NCBI GenBank assembly: GCA_051748045.1
Contig: JBNJGY010000003.1
Coordinates: 1 to 64,000 of the forward strand
From: Thermotogota bacterium
GTDB lineage: Bacteria > Thermotogota > Thermotogae > Petrotogales > Petrotogaceae
Direction of reading: 5' to 3'
DNA length: 64,000 bases
Both the position numbers and the translations under genes were made by a program. A model generated the notes under the pieces. That model ran no database searches, was not told where the DNA came from, and worked only from the letters and a program-made list of their open reading frames with translations. Of this stretch, positions 17,788 to 26,255 are shown in pieces. How positions within the stretch are numbered: the first letter of the stretch is position 1; each line of letters opens with the position of its first letter.

Positions 17788-19141
17788 TGTATGCTCCCCC
17801 TTTAAACATTTTAACAATATCAGAAATATTATCTAATTCAATAATGCTTTTATCGTTAATCTTAGCTCTTTTTGAGACACATATATTTTTAATACCTATT
17901 TTTTTAGCCATTTCTATTCTTTTCTCTAAATGAGAAGTATTCCTAATCTTTCCATCAAGCCCTATCTCTCCAATGAAAATAGTAGATCTTTCTAAAGTTT
18001 GTTCAAATAAAGAAGAGATAATAGTAAAAGCGATAGCTGAATCTATAGAACTATCAGAAATTCTAAAACCTCCAGAGGTGTTTAAAAAAATATCTTTTGA
18101 TTCTACGGGTAATTTTAGTTTTTTTGAAAGAACTGCAGTAATCATGAATACTTTGTCCAAATTAATTCCACTACTAACTCTTCTAGGAGATCCATATACT
18201 GGCTTTGATACCAAGGACTGAATTTCTATAGGAATTAATTTATTTCCTTCTTTAATTATTGATAAGGTATTCCCTGGTTCATTAGAGTAATCAGATAAAA
18301 AATAATTTGTTAAATCATCAATTGGAAATAATCCTTTTTCAGTCATTTCCATTAAAACAATTTCATCAGTGGGTCCATAGCGATTTTTATTTATTCTGAA
18401 CATTCTTAAACCAGAAGTTTTTTCCATTTCAAAAGAGATAACACAATCTACAACATGTTCTAACAACTTTGGTCCAGCTACATTACCTTCTTTTGTTACA
18501 TGACCTATTAAGAGAGATGAGGTTTCAGTCTTTTTTGAAAATTCTACAATTCTTCTTGTACATTCTTTTACTTGTAAAACACTTCCAGGGTTAGAATCAA
18601 CATCATCACTTTTAATAGTCTGTATTGAATCAAAAATTAAAATTTTAGGTTTTTCTTTTAATTTAGAAATGGATTTAAATATTGTTTCTAAAGAATTTGA
18701 AAAAATTAAACCGATATTTTTATTTTGGATGTTCAATCTTTTAAATCTTTGCATTACTTGGCTTTTAGATTCTTCAGCAGAAATATAAATAATAGTATTG
18801 TCAGAGTCTGACAATTGAGAAACTAAAGTACTTTTTCCTATTCCAGGTTCACCACTTAACAGATAAACAGCACCTTTTACTAAACCATTATTTAAAGCTT
18901 TATTTATTTGTTTAGATTTCAATTTTAATCTTTCAGGCTCTTCTATTTCAGAATCTAAATAAGTTATATCAGTATGTTTTTTATTAGAGTCTTTGTCAGA
19001 ATCCATATAAGCAATATCCGCGGTGAATTCCACCGCGGATCCCATTTCATTACATATTGAACATTTTGCAAACCATTTATCAGATTCATATCCGCAATTA
19101 TTACACACATAATATTTTTGTTTTGTTTTCTTCTTGCTCAA
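17780..19141 (-). CDS. radA: DNA repair protein RadA/Sms
   Basis: C4 zinc finger, GEPGIGKST, GHVTKEG..AGP, KNRYG, Lon-like C-terminal domain. Confidence 0.97.
   Translation of the reverse strand: MSKKKTKQKYYVCNNCGYESDKWFAKCSICNEMGSAVEFTADIAYMDSDKDSNKKHTDITYLDSEIEEPERLKLKSKQINKALNNGLVKGAVYLLSGEPGIGKSTLVSQLSDSDNTIIYISAEESKSQVMQRFKRLNIQNKNIGLIFSNSLETIFKSISKLKEKPKILIFDSIQTIKSDDVDSNPGSVLQVKECTRRIVEFSKKTETSSLLIGHVTKEGNVAGPKLLEHVVDCVISFEMEKTSGLRMFRINKNRYGPTDEIVLMEMTEKGLFPIDDLTNYFLSDYSNEPGNTLSIIKEGNKLIPIEIQSLVSKPVYGSPRRVSSGINLDKVFMITAVLSKKLKLPVESKDIFLNTSGGFRISDSSIDSAIAFTIISSLFEQTLERSTIFIGEIGLDGKIRNTSHLEKRIEMAKKIGIKNICVSKRAKINDKSIIELDNISDIVKMFKGGAYNE
19016..19040. repeat. Perfect GC-rich inverted repeat inside radA
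   Basis: ATCCGCGGTG-AATTC-CACCGCGGAT. Confidence 0.9.
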
Positions 19142-21639
19142 GTCTTCGCCACCTTTTTCTTTCTTCCTGGAGATTTTCTAAAAGATAGAGAATCTTTTTT
19201 ACTATCTACGATAATTTTATCATTCTCTTCAAATCTTCCTTTTAATATTTCTTCTGATAAAGGATCTTCTATATATTTTTGAATAGTCCTTTTTAATGGT
19301 CTAGCTCCAAATATTTTGTCATATCCTTTTTCAAGTAAAAAATCTATAGCTTTTTCCTTTATTTTTATTTCGATATTTTTTTCAGTTAGCCTTTCTCTCA
19401 ATTCATCTATTTGAATTTGAATAATATTTTTTATATTTTCTTTTGTTAATGGATGGAAAACTACTACATCATCCAATCTGTTTAAGAATTCAGGTTTAAA
19501 TGCTTTTTTTATTGCAGAATCTACTTCACTTTTGATACTTTTGTATTCAGATTCAGCATCTTCCCCTTCTACAAATCCGAGAGATCTTTTTGATTTGTTA
19601 ATATGTTCTGATCCTAAATTAGATGTCATAATTATAATAGAATTTCTAAAATCAACAGTTCTGCCTTGAGAATCAGTCAATCTTCCTTCGTCCATTATTT
19701 GTAATAATATATTATAAACATCAGGGTGAGCTTTTTCTATTTCATCCAATAAGATAACAGAATAAGGTCTTCTTCTAACAACTTCTGTTAATTGCCCACC
19801 TTCATCATAACCAACATAACCTGGAGGTGCCCCAACAAGTCTAGAAACATTAAATTTTTCCATATATTCACTCATATCTATTCTGACAAGTGAACTATCA
19901 TCGCCAAATAAATATTCTGCTAAAGTTTTTGCTAGTTCTGTTTTACCTACACCAGTAGGACCTAAGAACATAAATACTCCGTTTGGCCTTTTTGGATCTT
20001 TTAAGCCACTTCTTGAACGTCTTATTGCTTTTGAAACTGATACTATTGCCTCATCCTGGCCGACAACTCTTTCATGTAGAACAGCTTCAAGATTAAGAAG
20101 TCTTTCCATTTCTGAGCTTTCAAGACGTTTAAGTGGAACACCTGTCCAATTAGAAACAACATCAGAAATATCTTGTTCTGTGATAGTTATTTTATTATTT
20201 TCAGCTTTTTTTCTCCATTTTTTATATTCAGTTTTATAGTCACCTCTTAGTAATTCAATTTTTTCGTTAATCTCTTCTACAGTTTCAAACTTATTTTTTG
20301 AAATCATTAAATTTTTTTCTTCTTCTAAAGTTTCTATTTCTTGATTTTTCTTTTTAAGATTTTGCGGTAAAGTTAAAGCTTTAAGTTTTGACCTAGCTCC
20401 AGCCTCATCAATAATATCTATTGCTTTATCTGGTAAAAATCTATCTGTTATATACCTTAAAGATAAATTTACTGCGTTTTCAAGAGCGTCATTTGTATAT
20501 TCAACATTATGGTGTTCTTCATATTTTATTTTTATTCCTTTTAATATGTTAAGAGCACTTTCGAAAGTAGGTTCACTAACATATATTTTCTGAAATCTTC
20601 TTTCTAAAGCAGGATCTTTTTCTATAAATTTTCTATATTCGCTAGAAGTAGTTGAACCTATTACTGTTATTGTTCCATTGGCTAAAGCGGGTTTTAAGAC
20701 GTTTGCAGCATCCATGGAAGATCCTTCAGCAGCACCAGCTTCAACTATCATATGTAACTCATCGACAAAAATGATAATATCTTCAGTTTTTTCTAGGACT
20801 TGCATTAATTTTTTCATTCTTTTTTCAAATTCACCCCTATATTTAGTACCAGCCACTAAAGAAGTTATATCTAAAGCGAAAATTGTTTTTGTTTTTAAAA
20901 CTTCTGGTACATCTCCGCTTATTATTTTCATGGCTAAACCTTCAACAATAGCTGATTTTCCTACTCCAGCTTCACCGATAAGAACGGGGTTATTTTTCTT
21001 TCTTCTAGCTAATATCTCCATTAATCTTGTTATTTCTATTTCGCGCCCAATAACAGGATCAAGTTTATTTTTTTTTGCTTTTTCAGTCAGGTCAGTACCA
21101 AAATCTTCTAATTGTTTTAATGCTGTTTGTTTTTGTCTTTTCTTTTCTTCGTTAACTTCATTAGTTTGTTTCACTTCTTCAACTGGTTTTATATCACCTT
21201 TCATCATGATATCCGCTAACTGTTTTCTCATATTCTGAAGATTAATCCCTAATCTTTTCATTATATGTGATGCTATACCTTCTGCTTCTCTACAAATTGC
21301 TAGCAATAAATGTTCAGCATCAATTCTAGATGAGCCCATTAGTTCTGACTCATCATAAGCCAATTCTATAATTCTTTTAGCTCTAGGGGTTGGTTGTGGA
21401 GAACCAATTATTCCCTGAGATGAATTAGTTCCAACAACATTTGTTATTTCAGCTTTCATTCTGTTGTAAGAAATGTTAAAATCACTAAATATTATGTCAA
21501 GATATTTTCCTTTTACTTTTAATAGACCTAAAAGAATGTGTTCTGTGCCAACATATGGATGACCCATATCTTTTGCATCATTTTGGGCTTCTATAAAAAC
21601 TTTTGCCGCCCTTTCTGTAAAATTATCAAACATATTCAT
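19138..21639 (-). CDS. clpC: ATP-dependent Clp protease ATP-binding subunit ClpC
   Basis: Clp-N repeats, two AAA+ modules (GEAGVGKS, GPTGVGKT), short M-domain, LGF ClpP-docking loop; start at ATG 21639 or 21633. Confidence 0.95.
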   Translation of the reverse strand: MNMFDNFTERAAKVFIEAQNDAKDMGHPYVGTEHILLGLLKVKGKYLDIIFSDFNISYNRMKAEITNVVGTNSSQGIIGSPQPTPRAKRIIELAYDESELMGSSRIDAEHLLLAICREAEGIASHIMKRLGINLQNMRKQLADIMMKGDIKPVEEVKQTNEVNEEKKRQKQTALKQLEDFGTDLTEKAKKNKLDPVIGREIEITRLMEILARRKKNNPVLIGEAGVGKSAIVEGLAMKIISGDVPEVLKTKTIFALDITSLVAGTKYRGEFEKRMKKLMQVLEKTEDIIIFVDELHMIVEAGAAEGSSMDAANVLKPALANGTITVIGSTTSSEYRKFIEKDPALERRFQKIYVSEPTFESALNILKGIKIKYEEHHNVEYTNDALENAVNLSLRYITDRFLPDKAIDIIDEAGARSKLKALTLPQNLKKKNQEIETLEEEKNLMISKNKFETVEEINEKIELLRGDYKTEYKKWRKKAENNKITITEQDISDVVSNWTGVPLKRLESSEMERLLNLEAVLHERVVGQDEAIVSVSKAIRRSRSGLKDPKRPNGVFMFLGPTGVGKTELAKTLAEYLFGDDSSLVRIDMSEYMEKFNVSRLVGAPPGYVGYDEGGQLTEVVRRRPYSVILLDEIEKAHPDVYNILLQIMDEGRLTDSQGRTVDFRNSIIIMTSNLGSEHINKSKRSLGFVEGEDAESEYKSIKSEVDSAIKKAFKPEFLNRLDDVVVFHPLTKENIKNIIQIQIDELRERLTEKNIEIKIKEKAIDFLLEKGYDKIFGARPLKRTIQKYIEDPLSEEILKGRFEENDKIIVDSKKDSLSFRKSPGRKKKVAKT

Positions 21640-21684
21640 ACACACCTCCAAAACGAGGGAATTAAATTCATTTACCTCATTTAT

Positions 21685-21712
21685 ATTTTATCATGAAAAC
21701 GCATGAAAACAA
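21685..21712 (-). promoter_or_regulatory. Putative clpC operon promoter with a direct repeat in the spacer
   Basis: Minus strand TTGTTT-N16-TAAAAT with extended TG; CATGAAAAC x2 at 21692-21710. Confidence 0.55.
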
Positions 21713-21879
21713 AAAAATATTTATCTAAATGCAAATATAACTATACATGATAAATATTATCTTATTTTATTTAAAAAAATATTAATGATATAATAAGAAG
21801 TAGGGCTAATTAAAATGGAAGAAAATATAAGAAATTCTCTAGTTGTTTTTAATTTAATTATTTGTTAACCTAAATGCAA

Positions 21880-21908
21880 TTGACAACTGTCTTGTCGTTT
21901 GATATAAT
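21880..21908 (+). promoter_or_regulatory. Consensus sigma70 promoter for the tRNA-rpmG operon
   Basis: TTGACA-N17-TATAAT with extended TG. Confidence 0.9.
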
Positions 21909-21947
21909 CATTCACGGTTGTCGTAGACACCTAGAAAAACATGAGAT

Positions 21948-22023
21948 GCCGATGTAGCTCAACTGGCAGAGCGGCTGACTTGTAATCAGCAGGTTGGGGG
22001 TTCAAGTCCTCTCGTCGGCTCCA
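21948..22023 (+). tRNA. tRNA-Thr(TGT)
   Basis: Cloverleaf: GCCGATG/CGTCGGC acceptor stem, GCTGA-CTTGTAA-TCAGC anticodon arm, TTCAAGT loop, encoded CCA. Confidence 0.97.
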
Positions 22024-22031
22024 AAGAAAGT

Positions 22032-22118
22032 GGTGAGATGCCCGAGTGGCCAAAGGGGGCGGACTGTAAATCCGCTAGCAGATTGCTTTCGAAGGTTCGA
22101 ATCCTTCTCTCACCACCA
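22032..22118 (+). tRNA. tRNA-Tyr(GTA)
   Basis: GGTGAGA/TCTCACC acceptor stem, GCGGA-CTGTAAA-TCCGC, long variable arm, TTCGAAT, encoded CCA. Confidence 0.97.
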
Positions 22119-22148
22119 TAATTTTATACCAGTGAGAGGTGAAACAAT

Positions 22149-22313
22149 ATGGCTGCAAAAAGTCAAGTAATAAACTTTTCTTTAAAATGTGAAGAATGTG
22201 GCACTAAAAACTATTACAAAAAGAAGAATAAAACAATTAGAGAAAAAATTGAGCTTAAAAAATATTGTCCAAAATGTGGAAAGCACACTTTGCATAAAGA
22301 AGCAAAATTATAA
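22149..22313 (+). CDS. rpmG: 50S ribosomal protein L33 (zinc-binding C+ form); missing from the ORF track
   Basis: Hand translation [63 protein letters not shown]. Confidence 0.95.
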   Translation: MAAKSQVINFSLKCEECGTKNYYKKKNKTIREKIELKKYCPKCGKHTLHKEAKL

Positions 22314-22326
22314 TAAGAAATATACA

Positions 22327-22361
22327 AAAGCCCTTCTTCTACAGGAGGGCTTTATTTCTTT
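22327..22361 (+). terminator. Terminator-like hairpin between rpmG and secE
   Basis: AAAGCCCTTCT-TCTAC-AGGAGGGCTTT followed by ATTTCTTT. Confidence 0.7.
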
Positions 22362-22392
22362 AGAGAAACCTATTTTATGGGAGGTACTTAAT

Positions 22393-22620
22393 ATGTCGAA
22401 ATTCTGGGTCTTTTTGAGTTCTGTATGGCAAGAAGCAAAAAAAGTTAGCTGGCCATCAAGAAAAAATTTAATGAAATCAACAGGAGTAGTATTGATAATT
22501 GTAGCATTCGTAGCGGTATATCTTTTCGCCGTTGACTTTGGTTTATTAAACGCTTTTTCTAAACTTGTATATCCTATATTTTTAGGGGGATTAGCTGGAA
22601 ATTCAATGCCAAGTCAATAA
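22393..22620 (+). CDS. secE: Preprotein translocase subunit SecE
   Basis: EAKKVSWP motif plus a single TM helix; ATG 22393 behind GGAGG (the 143-aa ORF call is over-extended). Confidence 0.93.
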   Translation: MSKFWVFLSSVWQEAKKVSWPSRKNLMKSTGVVLIIVAFVAVYLFAVDFGLLNAFSKLVYPIFLGGLAGNSMPSQ

Positions 22621-22640
22621 AAAAAAGTTGGTGATATAAA

Positions 22641-23705
22641 ATGAGAAAAGAGTGGTACGTATTACAAGCTTTTTCAGGAATGGAAAACAAAGTTAAAGAA
22701 TTAATAATAGAAAAATCCAAAGTATTGGATATTGATCGTTATATAGGTAGAATAATAGTTCCGGAAATAGAAGAACTAGACTATTCTAATAGAAAAGTAG
22801 AAAAAATATTTGTCAGCCAAGACGCTAGCGTTTTTGTTAAAAAAGGAAAAGACGTTAAAAAAGGGGACATAATAGCCAAAAATCCTGAAACTATTATAAA
22901 ACACTCCGGGGTTATAAAAGAAATGAAGAATTATAGGAGGATAATAGTAGAAACAAAAGGTAAAAAATATTCTAAAACTTTTCTTATACCTGAAAGCGCT
23001 AAAGTGTTATCAGGCTTAAGAGTTGGTAAAACAGTAAAAACAGGAATGCCTTTTACGAATGATGGTTCTTATGAAAGTGATGTAGAAGGCGAAATAGGAA
23101 CTGTTGAAAAAGTTAAAAGAATTATTGTAGAAACAAATAATTCTGAAGAGGATGTTTATATAGTTCCAGTGAAATTATATGATTCAAAGGTTTATAAAAC
23201 TGGAGTTGAAGTTACTGAAGGAGAAGTAATAGCTACAGGTAAAGAATTTAAAGCAAAATCTTCAGGAAGAGTTGACATAAAAGATATGCCTTTAAGAAAA
23301 GAAATTAGAATTATAAAAACTTCTAGAAAGAAATTATTTCCTGGGTATATTTTTATAGAAATGATGCATGTGAAAGAAGCAGAAAAGATGATTATCAATA
23401 TACCGTATGTATCTTCTTTTTTAAATGTAGGGGGTAGACCTCTTAAACTAAGAAGAAAAGAAATTAGAGTAATTCTAAGATTGATCGGAGAAGAAGAATA
23501 CGATACAAAACCAAGAAAAGAAATCAGAACTGATTATGAAATCGGAGAACATGTGAAAATAATCAGCGGTCCTTTTGAATTCTTTACTGGTAAAATAAAA
23601 TCAATTGATTTAGAAAAACAGGAAGTTAAAGTTTCCGTTTCAATGTTCGGTAGAGAAACTGAAGTAGAATTAGGATTAACAGAGATTGAAAAAATAGTAG
23701 ATTAA
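22641..23705 (+). CDS. nusG: Transcription factor NusG with a large internal insertion domain
   Basis: WYVLQAFSGMENKV, KLFPGYIFIEM, KOW motif (VKIISGPF), MFGRET; about 170-180 extra residues inside the NTD. Confidence 0.96.
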   Translation: MRKEWYVLQAFSGMENKVKELIIEKSKVLDIDRYIGRIIVPEIEELDYSNRKVEKIFVSQDASVFVKKGKDVKKGDIIAKNPETIIKHSGVIKEMKNYRRIIVETKGKKYSKTFLIPESAKVLSGLRVGKTVKTGMPFTNDGSYESDVEGEIGTVEKVKRIIVETNNSEEDVYIVPVKLYDSKVYKTGVEVTEGEVIATGKEFKAKSSGRVDIKDMPLRKEIRIIKTSRKKLFPGYIFIEMMHVKEAEKMIINIPYVSSFLNVGGRPLKLRRKEIRVILRLIGEEEYDTKPRKEIRTDYEIGEHVKIISGPFEFFTGKIKSIDLEKQEVKVSVSMFGRETEVELGLTEIEKIVD

Positions 23706-23746
23706 ATTCGAATAGTAATATTAACTTCGAATAGTAATATTAACTT
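23701..23746. repeat. 19-bp tandem duplication
   Basis: TTCGAATAGTAATATTAAC at 23707-23725 and 23726-23744, with partial flanking copies. Confidence 0.9.
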
Positions 23747-23797
23747 TTTATTCTCTGTCAATTAATAATAATGATTTAAAATATTTTTTGCGAATAC

Positions 23798-23826
23798 TGT
23801 GGGAGGGATTTCCCGCTATAACCACA
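23798..23826 (+). promoter_or_regulatory. Ribosomal protein L1-binding leader (autoregulation of rplK-rplA)
   Basis: TGTGGGAG-GGATTTCC-CGCTATAA-CCACA abutting the rplK RBS; resembles the L1 target. Confidence 0.75.
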
Positions 23827-23840
23827 AGGAGGTAATTTAT

Positions 23841-24269
23841 ATGGCTAAAAAAGTATCAAGAATGTTAAAATTGCAGTTGCAAGCTGCAAAAGCAACTCCA
23901 GCTCCTCCTATTGGTCCTGCTTTAGGACAACATGGAGTTAATTTGATGGAGTTCTGTAAAAGATTTAACGCTGAGACTGCTGATAAAGCAGGTCAATTGT
24001 TGCCTGTTGAAATTACAGTTTATGAAGACAGATCATTTTCATTCAACGTTAAAACCCCTCCAGCTTCTTTTTTAATTAAACAAGCTGCTGGTGTAAAATC
24101 TGCTGCAAATAATCCTGGTAAAGAAATAGTAGGGAAAATCAAGAAAAGCCAGGTAAAAGAAATTGCAGAAACAAAAATGCCAGACTTGAATGCAATGACA
24201 ATTGAAGCTGCGATGAAAATTATCCAAGGTACATGTAGAAACATGGGTATCGAAGTAGTAGAAGGATAA
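23841..24269 (+). CDS. rplK: 50S ribosomal protein L11
   Basis: [16 protein letters not shown] and KTPPAS motifs; start reassigned to ATG 23841. Confidence 0.98.
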   Translation: MAKKVSRMLKLQLQAAKATPAPPIGPALGQHGVNLMEFCKRFNAETADKAGQLLPVEITVYEDRSFSFNVKTPPASFLIKQAAGVKSAANNPGKEIVGKIKKSQVKEIAETKMPDLNAMTIEAAMKIIQGTCRNMGIEVVEG

Positions 24270-24288
24270 AAGAGAGGGGGTAAATAAA

Positions 24289-24990
24289 ATGGCAAATAGA
24301 GGAAAAAAATATTTAGAAGCAAGAAAAAAAGTTGATTCTACAAATAATTACTCAATTGATGAAGCAGTAGAATTATTAAAAGAAGTATCTTATACAAAAT
24401 TTAATGGTACAGTTGAAATTCATGTTCAGTTAGGTATAGATTCTAAAAAAAGTGATCAAAATGTAAGAAGTACAGTTTCTTTACCACACGGAACAGGAAA
24501 AGATGTAACCGTATTAGTTTTTGCAGAAGGTGATTTAGCAGAAAAGGCTAAAGAAGCTGGAGCAGACTTCGCTGGTGACGATGAAATTATAGATAAAATA
24601 AATAATCAAAACTGGTCAGATTTCGATATTGCGATTGCAACACCTAATATGATGAAAAAAGTAGGTAAATTGGGAAGAGTTTTAGGCCCAAAAGGATTAA
24701 TGCCTTCTCCTAAAGCTGGAACAGTTACAGAAGATATTGAAAAAGCAGTAAAAGACTTCAAAGCGGGTAAAGTTGAAGTTAGAAACGATAAAAGTGGAAA
24801 TGTTCATTTCCCAGCTGGAAAAGTATCTTTTGATAATTCTCAATTAGTTGAAAACATTAAATCAGGAATGGATCAATTATCAAAATTGAAACCTCAATCA
24901 ACAAAAGGAAAATTCTTTAAAAAAGTTGTTTTAGCTCCTACAATGGGTCCAGGAATAAGACTTGACATAAACGAATTCCCTGTTGTATAA
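24289..24990 (+). CDS. rplA: 50S ribosomal protein L1
   Basis: [21 protein letters not shown] and PTMGPG motifs. Confidence 0.98.
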   Translation: MANRGKKYLEARKKVDSTNNYSIDEAVELLKEVSYTKFNGTVEIHVQLGIDSKKSDQNVRSTVSLPHGTGKDVTVLVFAEGDLAEKAKEAGADFAGDDEIIDKINNQNWSDFDIAIATPNMMKKVGKLGRVLGPKGLMPSPKAGTVTEDIEKAVKDFKAGKVEVRNDKSGNVHFPAGKVSFDNSQLVENIKSGMDQLSKLKPQSTKGKFFKKVVLAPTMGPGIRLDINEFPVV

Positions 24991-24991
24991 T
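24962..24991 (+). promoter_or_regulatory. Consensus sigma70 promoter for rplJL embedded in the end of rplA
   Basis: TTGACA(24962)-N18-TATAAT(24986); the -10 box includes the rplA stop codon. Confidence 0.75.
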
Positions 24992-25010
24992 ATTTTAGAA
25001 AAATAAATAT

Positions 25011-25130
25011 CGTACCAAAGACGGTAGGTTCACGAGAGTGATTAAAAAATGCCTGCTTAGGTGCGTGGATAAAATAACAATAATGATTTTTCATTATTGT
25101 TTTAACCACGGCCTAGTGCCGTGTTTTTTT
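25011..25130 (+). ncRNA. L10 leader with transcription attenuator
   Basis: CCAAAGACGGTAGG...TTAA...CCTGCTTAGG core; terminator CACGGC-CTAGT-GCCGTG-T7. Confidence 0.85.
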
Positions 25131-25150
25131 ATTTAAGGAGGTGTACATTC

Positions 25151-25690
25151 TTGTTAACTAGAGCTCAAAAAAAAGAATTAGTAAAAGAGTTTGTCGAAGC
25201 TTTTAATGATTCTCCTATAATTGTTTTCACTGATTTCAAAGGAATGGAAGTTGAAGATTCTAATGAATTAAGACAACAATTATTCAAAGAATATGGAGAT
25301 AAAGCTGTATATAAGGTAATGAGGAACTCATTATTAAAAACAGCAATTAAACAAGCTGATCTAAATGTAGACGAATACGAACATCTTTTAGAAGGATCAA
25401 CAGCTATTTTCTATATAAAAGAAGGCGATCCAGTTACAGGTTTAAAAGTTTTAACAGAATTTGCAAAAGATCATAATGATTTACCTGCAATAAAAGGTGG
25501 AGTGTTAGAAGGTAAAATGTTTGATTCAGAAAAAGCTAAAGAATTATCTAAATTACCTTCAAGAGAAGAACTTATTACAATGTTTGTTCGTGGCATAAAC
25601 GCACCTATTTCAGGGTTAGTTAATGTATTATCAGGATCAATGAGAAACTTAGTGAATGTTTTAAATTCAATAAAAGATGAAAAATCATAA
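25151..25690 (+). CDS. rplJ: 50S ribosomal protein L10
   Basis: YKVMRNSL, IKGGVLEG and LSKLPSREEL motifs; TTG 25151 behind AGGAGG. Confidence 0.96.
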   Translation: MLTRAQKKELVKEFVEAFNDSPIIVFTDFKGMEVEDSNELRQQLFKEYGDKAVYKVMRNSLLKTAIKQADLNVDEYEHLLEGSTAIFYIKEGDPVTGLKVLTEFAKDHNDLPAIKGGVLEGKMFDSEKAKELSKLPSREELITMFVRGINAPISGLVNVLSGSMRNLVNVLNSIKDEKS

Positions 25691-25711
25691 AAATTTCGGA
25701 GGTGTCTTTAA

Positions 25712-26095
25712 ATGACAAAAGATGAATTAATTCAAGCGATTAAAGAAATGACAGTAGCTGATTTAGCAGAATTAGTAGAAGCATTAGAAGAAGAATTTGG
25801 TGTATCAGCATCAGCACCCGTTATGGCAGCTATGCCAGGAGCAGGCGCAGCAGGAGCAGCAGCTGAAGAAGAAAAAACTGATTTCTCAGTTATGTTAAAA
25901 AGCTTCGGTGCAAAAAAAATTGGTGTTATTAAAGTAGTAAGAGAAATAACAGGATTAGGTTTAAAAGAAGCAAAAGATTTAGTTGAAAAAGCAGGAACTG
26001 ATGATGCAGTAATCAAAGAAGCAGCTCCAAAAGATGAAGCAGAAGAAATTAAGAAAAAATTAGAAGATGCTGGAGCAGAAGTAGAATTAAAATAA
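25712..26095 (+). CDS. rplL: 50S ribosomal protein L7/L12
   Basis: [14 protein letters not shown] and [12 protein letters not shown] motifs. Confidence 0.98.
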   Translation: MTKDELIQAIKEMTVADLAELVEALEEEFGVSASAPVMAAMPGAGAAGAAAEEEKTDFSVMLKSFGAKKIGVIKVVREITGLGLKEAKDLVEKAGTDDAVIKEAAPKDEAEEIKKKLEDAGAEVELK

Positions 26096-26152
26096 TTAAC
26101 TTAAAACATTAGTTTCGTTAATAAAAATTTTAGATAATCATGGTAAAATTGT

Positions 26153-26191
26153 ATCCGCATTGGACTTTTTAGTCTGATGCGGGTTTGTTTT
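26153..26191 (+). terminator. Terminator/attenuator between rplL and rpoB
   Basis: ATCCGCATTGGACT-TTTT-AGTCTGATGCGGGT followed by TTGTTTT. Confidence 0.75.
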
Positions 26192-26255
26192 GCAATAAAA
26201 TAGACAAAAATCGTAACATTTCACATATATATTTCTTAAAGCCGAGGTGATTCCA

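Noticed and set aside
20678..21238. 186-aa plus-strand ORF antisense to clpC
   Set aside because: Shadow ORF in register with the clpC codons, Ser/Phe/Ile-rich, with no RBS or motif.
21786..21868. TGATATAAT followed by a 17-codon ORF (MEENIRNSLVVFNLIIC) upstream of the tRNA promoter
   Set aside because: No convincing RBS and expected by chance in AT-rich DNA; the -10 could just be a second tRNA-operon promoter.
21725..21879. CTAAATGCAA occurring twice (21725 and 21870) in the clpC/tRNA divergent spacer
   Set aside because: AT-rich 10-mer, 145 bp apart, with no symmetry; too weak without conservation data.
21948..22148. Integrative element at the tRNA genes
   Set aside because: No integrase and no duplicated tRNA 3' end; the flanks are core genes.
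22189..22392. N-terminal 68 codons of the 143-aa ORF called over secE
   Set aside because: They overlap the real rpmG in another frame and cross a terminator; secE has its own RBS and ATG at 22393.
22818..22838. Palindrome ACGCTAGCGT plus a T run inside nusG
   Set aside because: Only about 6 bp of stem with a feasible loop; too weak to call a terminator.
23701..23746. 19-bp repeat considered as a CRISPR remnant
   Set aside because: The copies are directly adjacent with no spacer, too short, and there are no cas genes.
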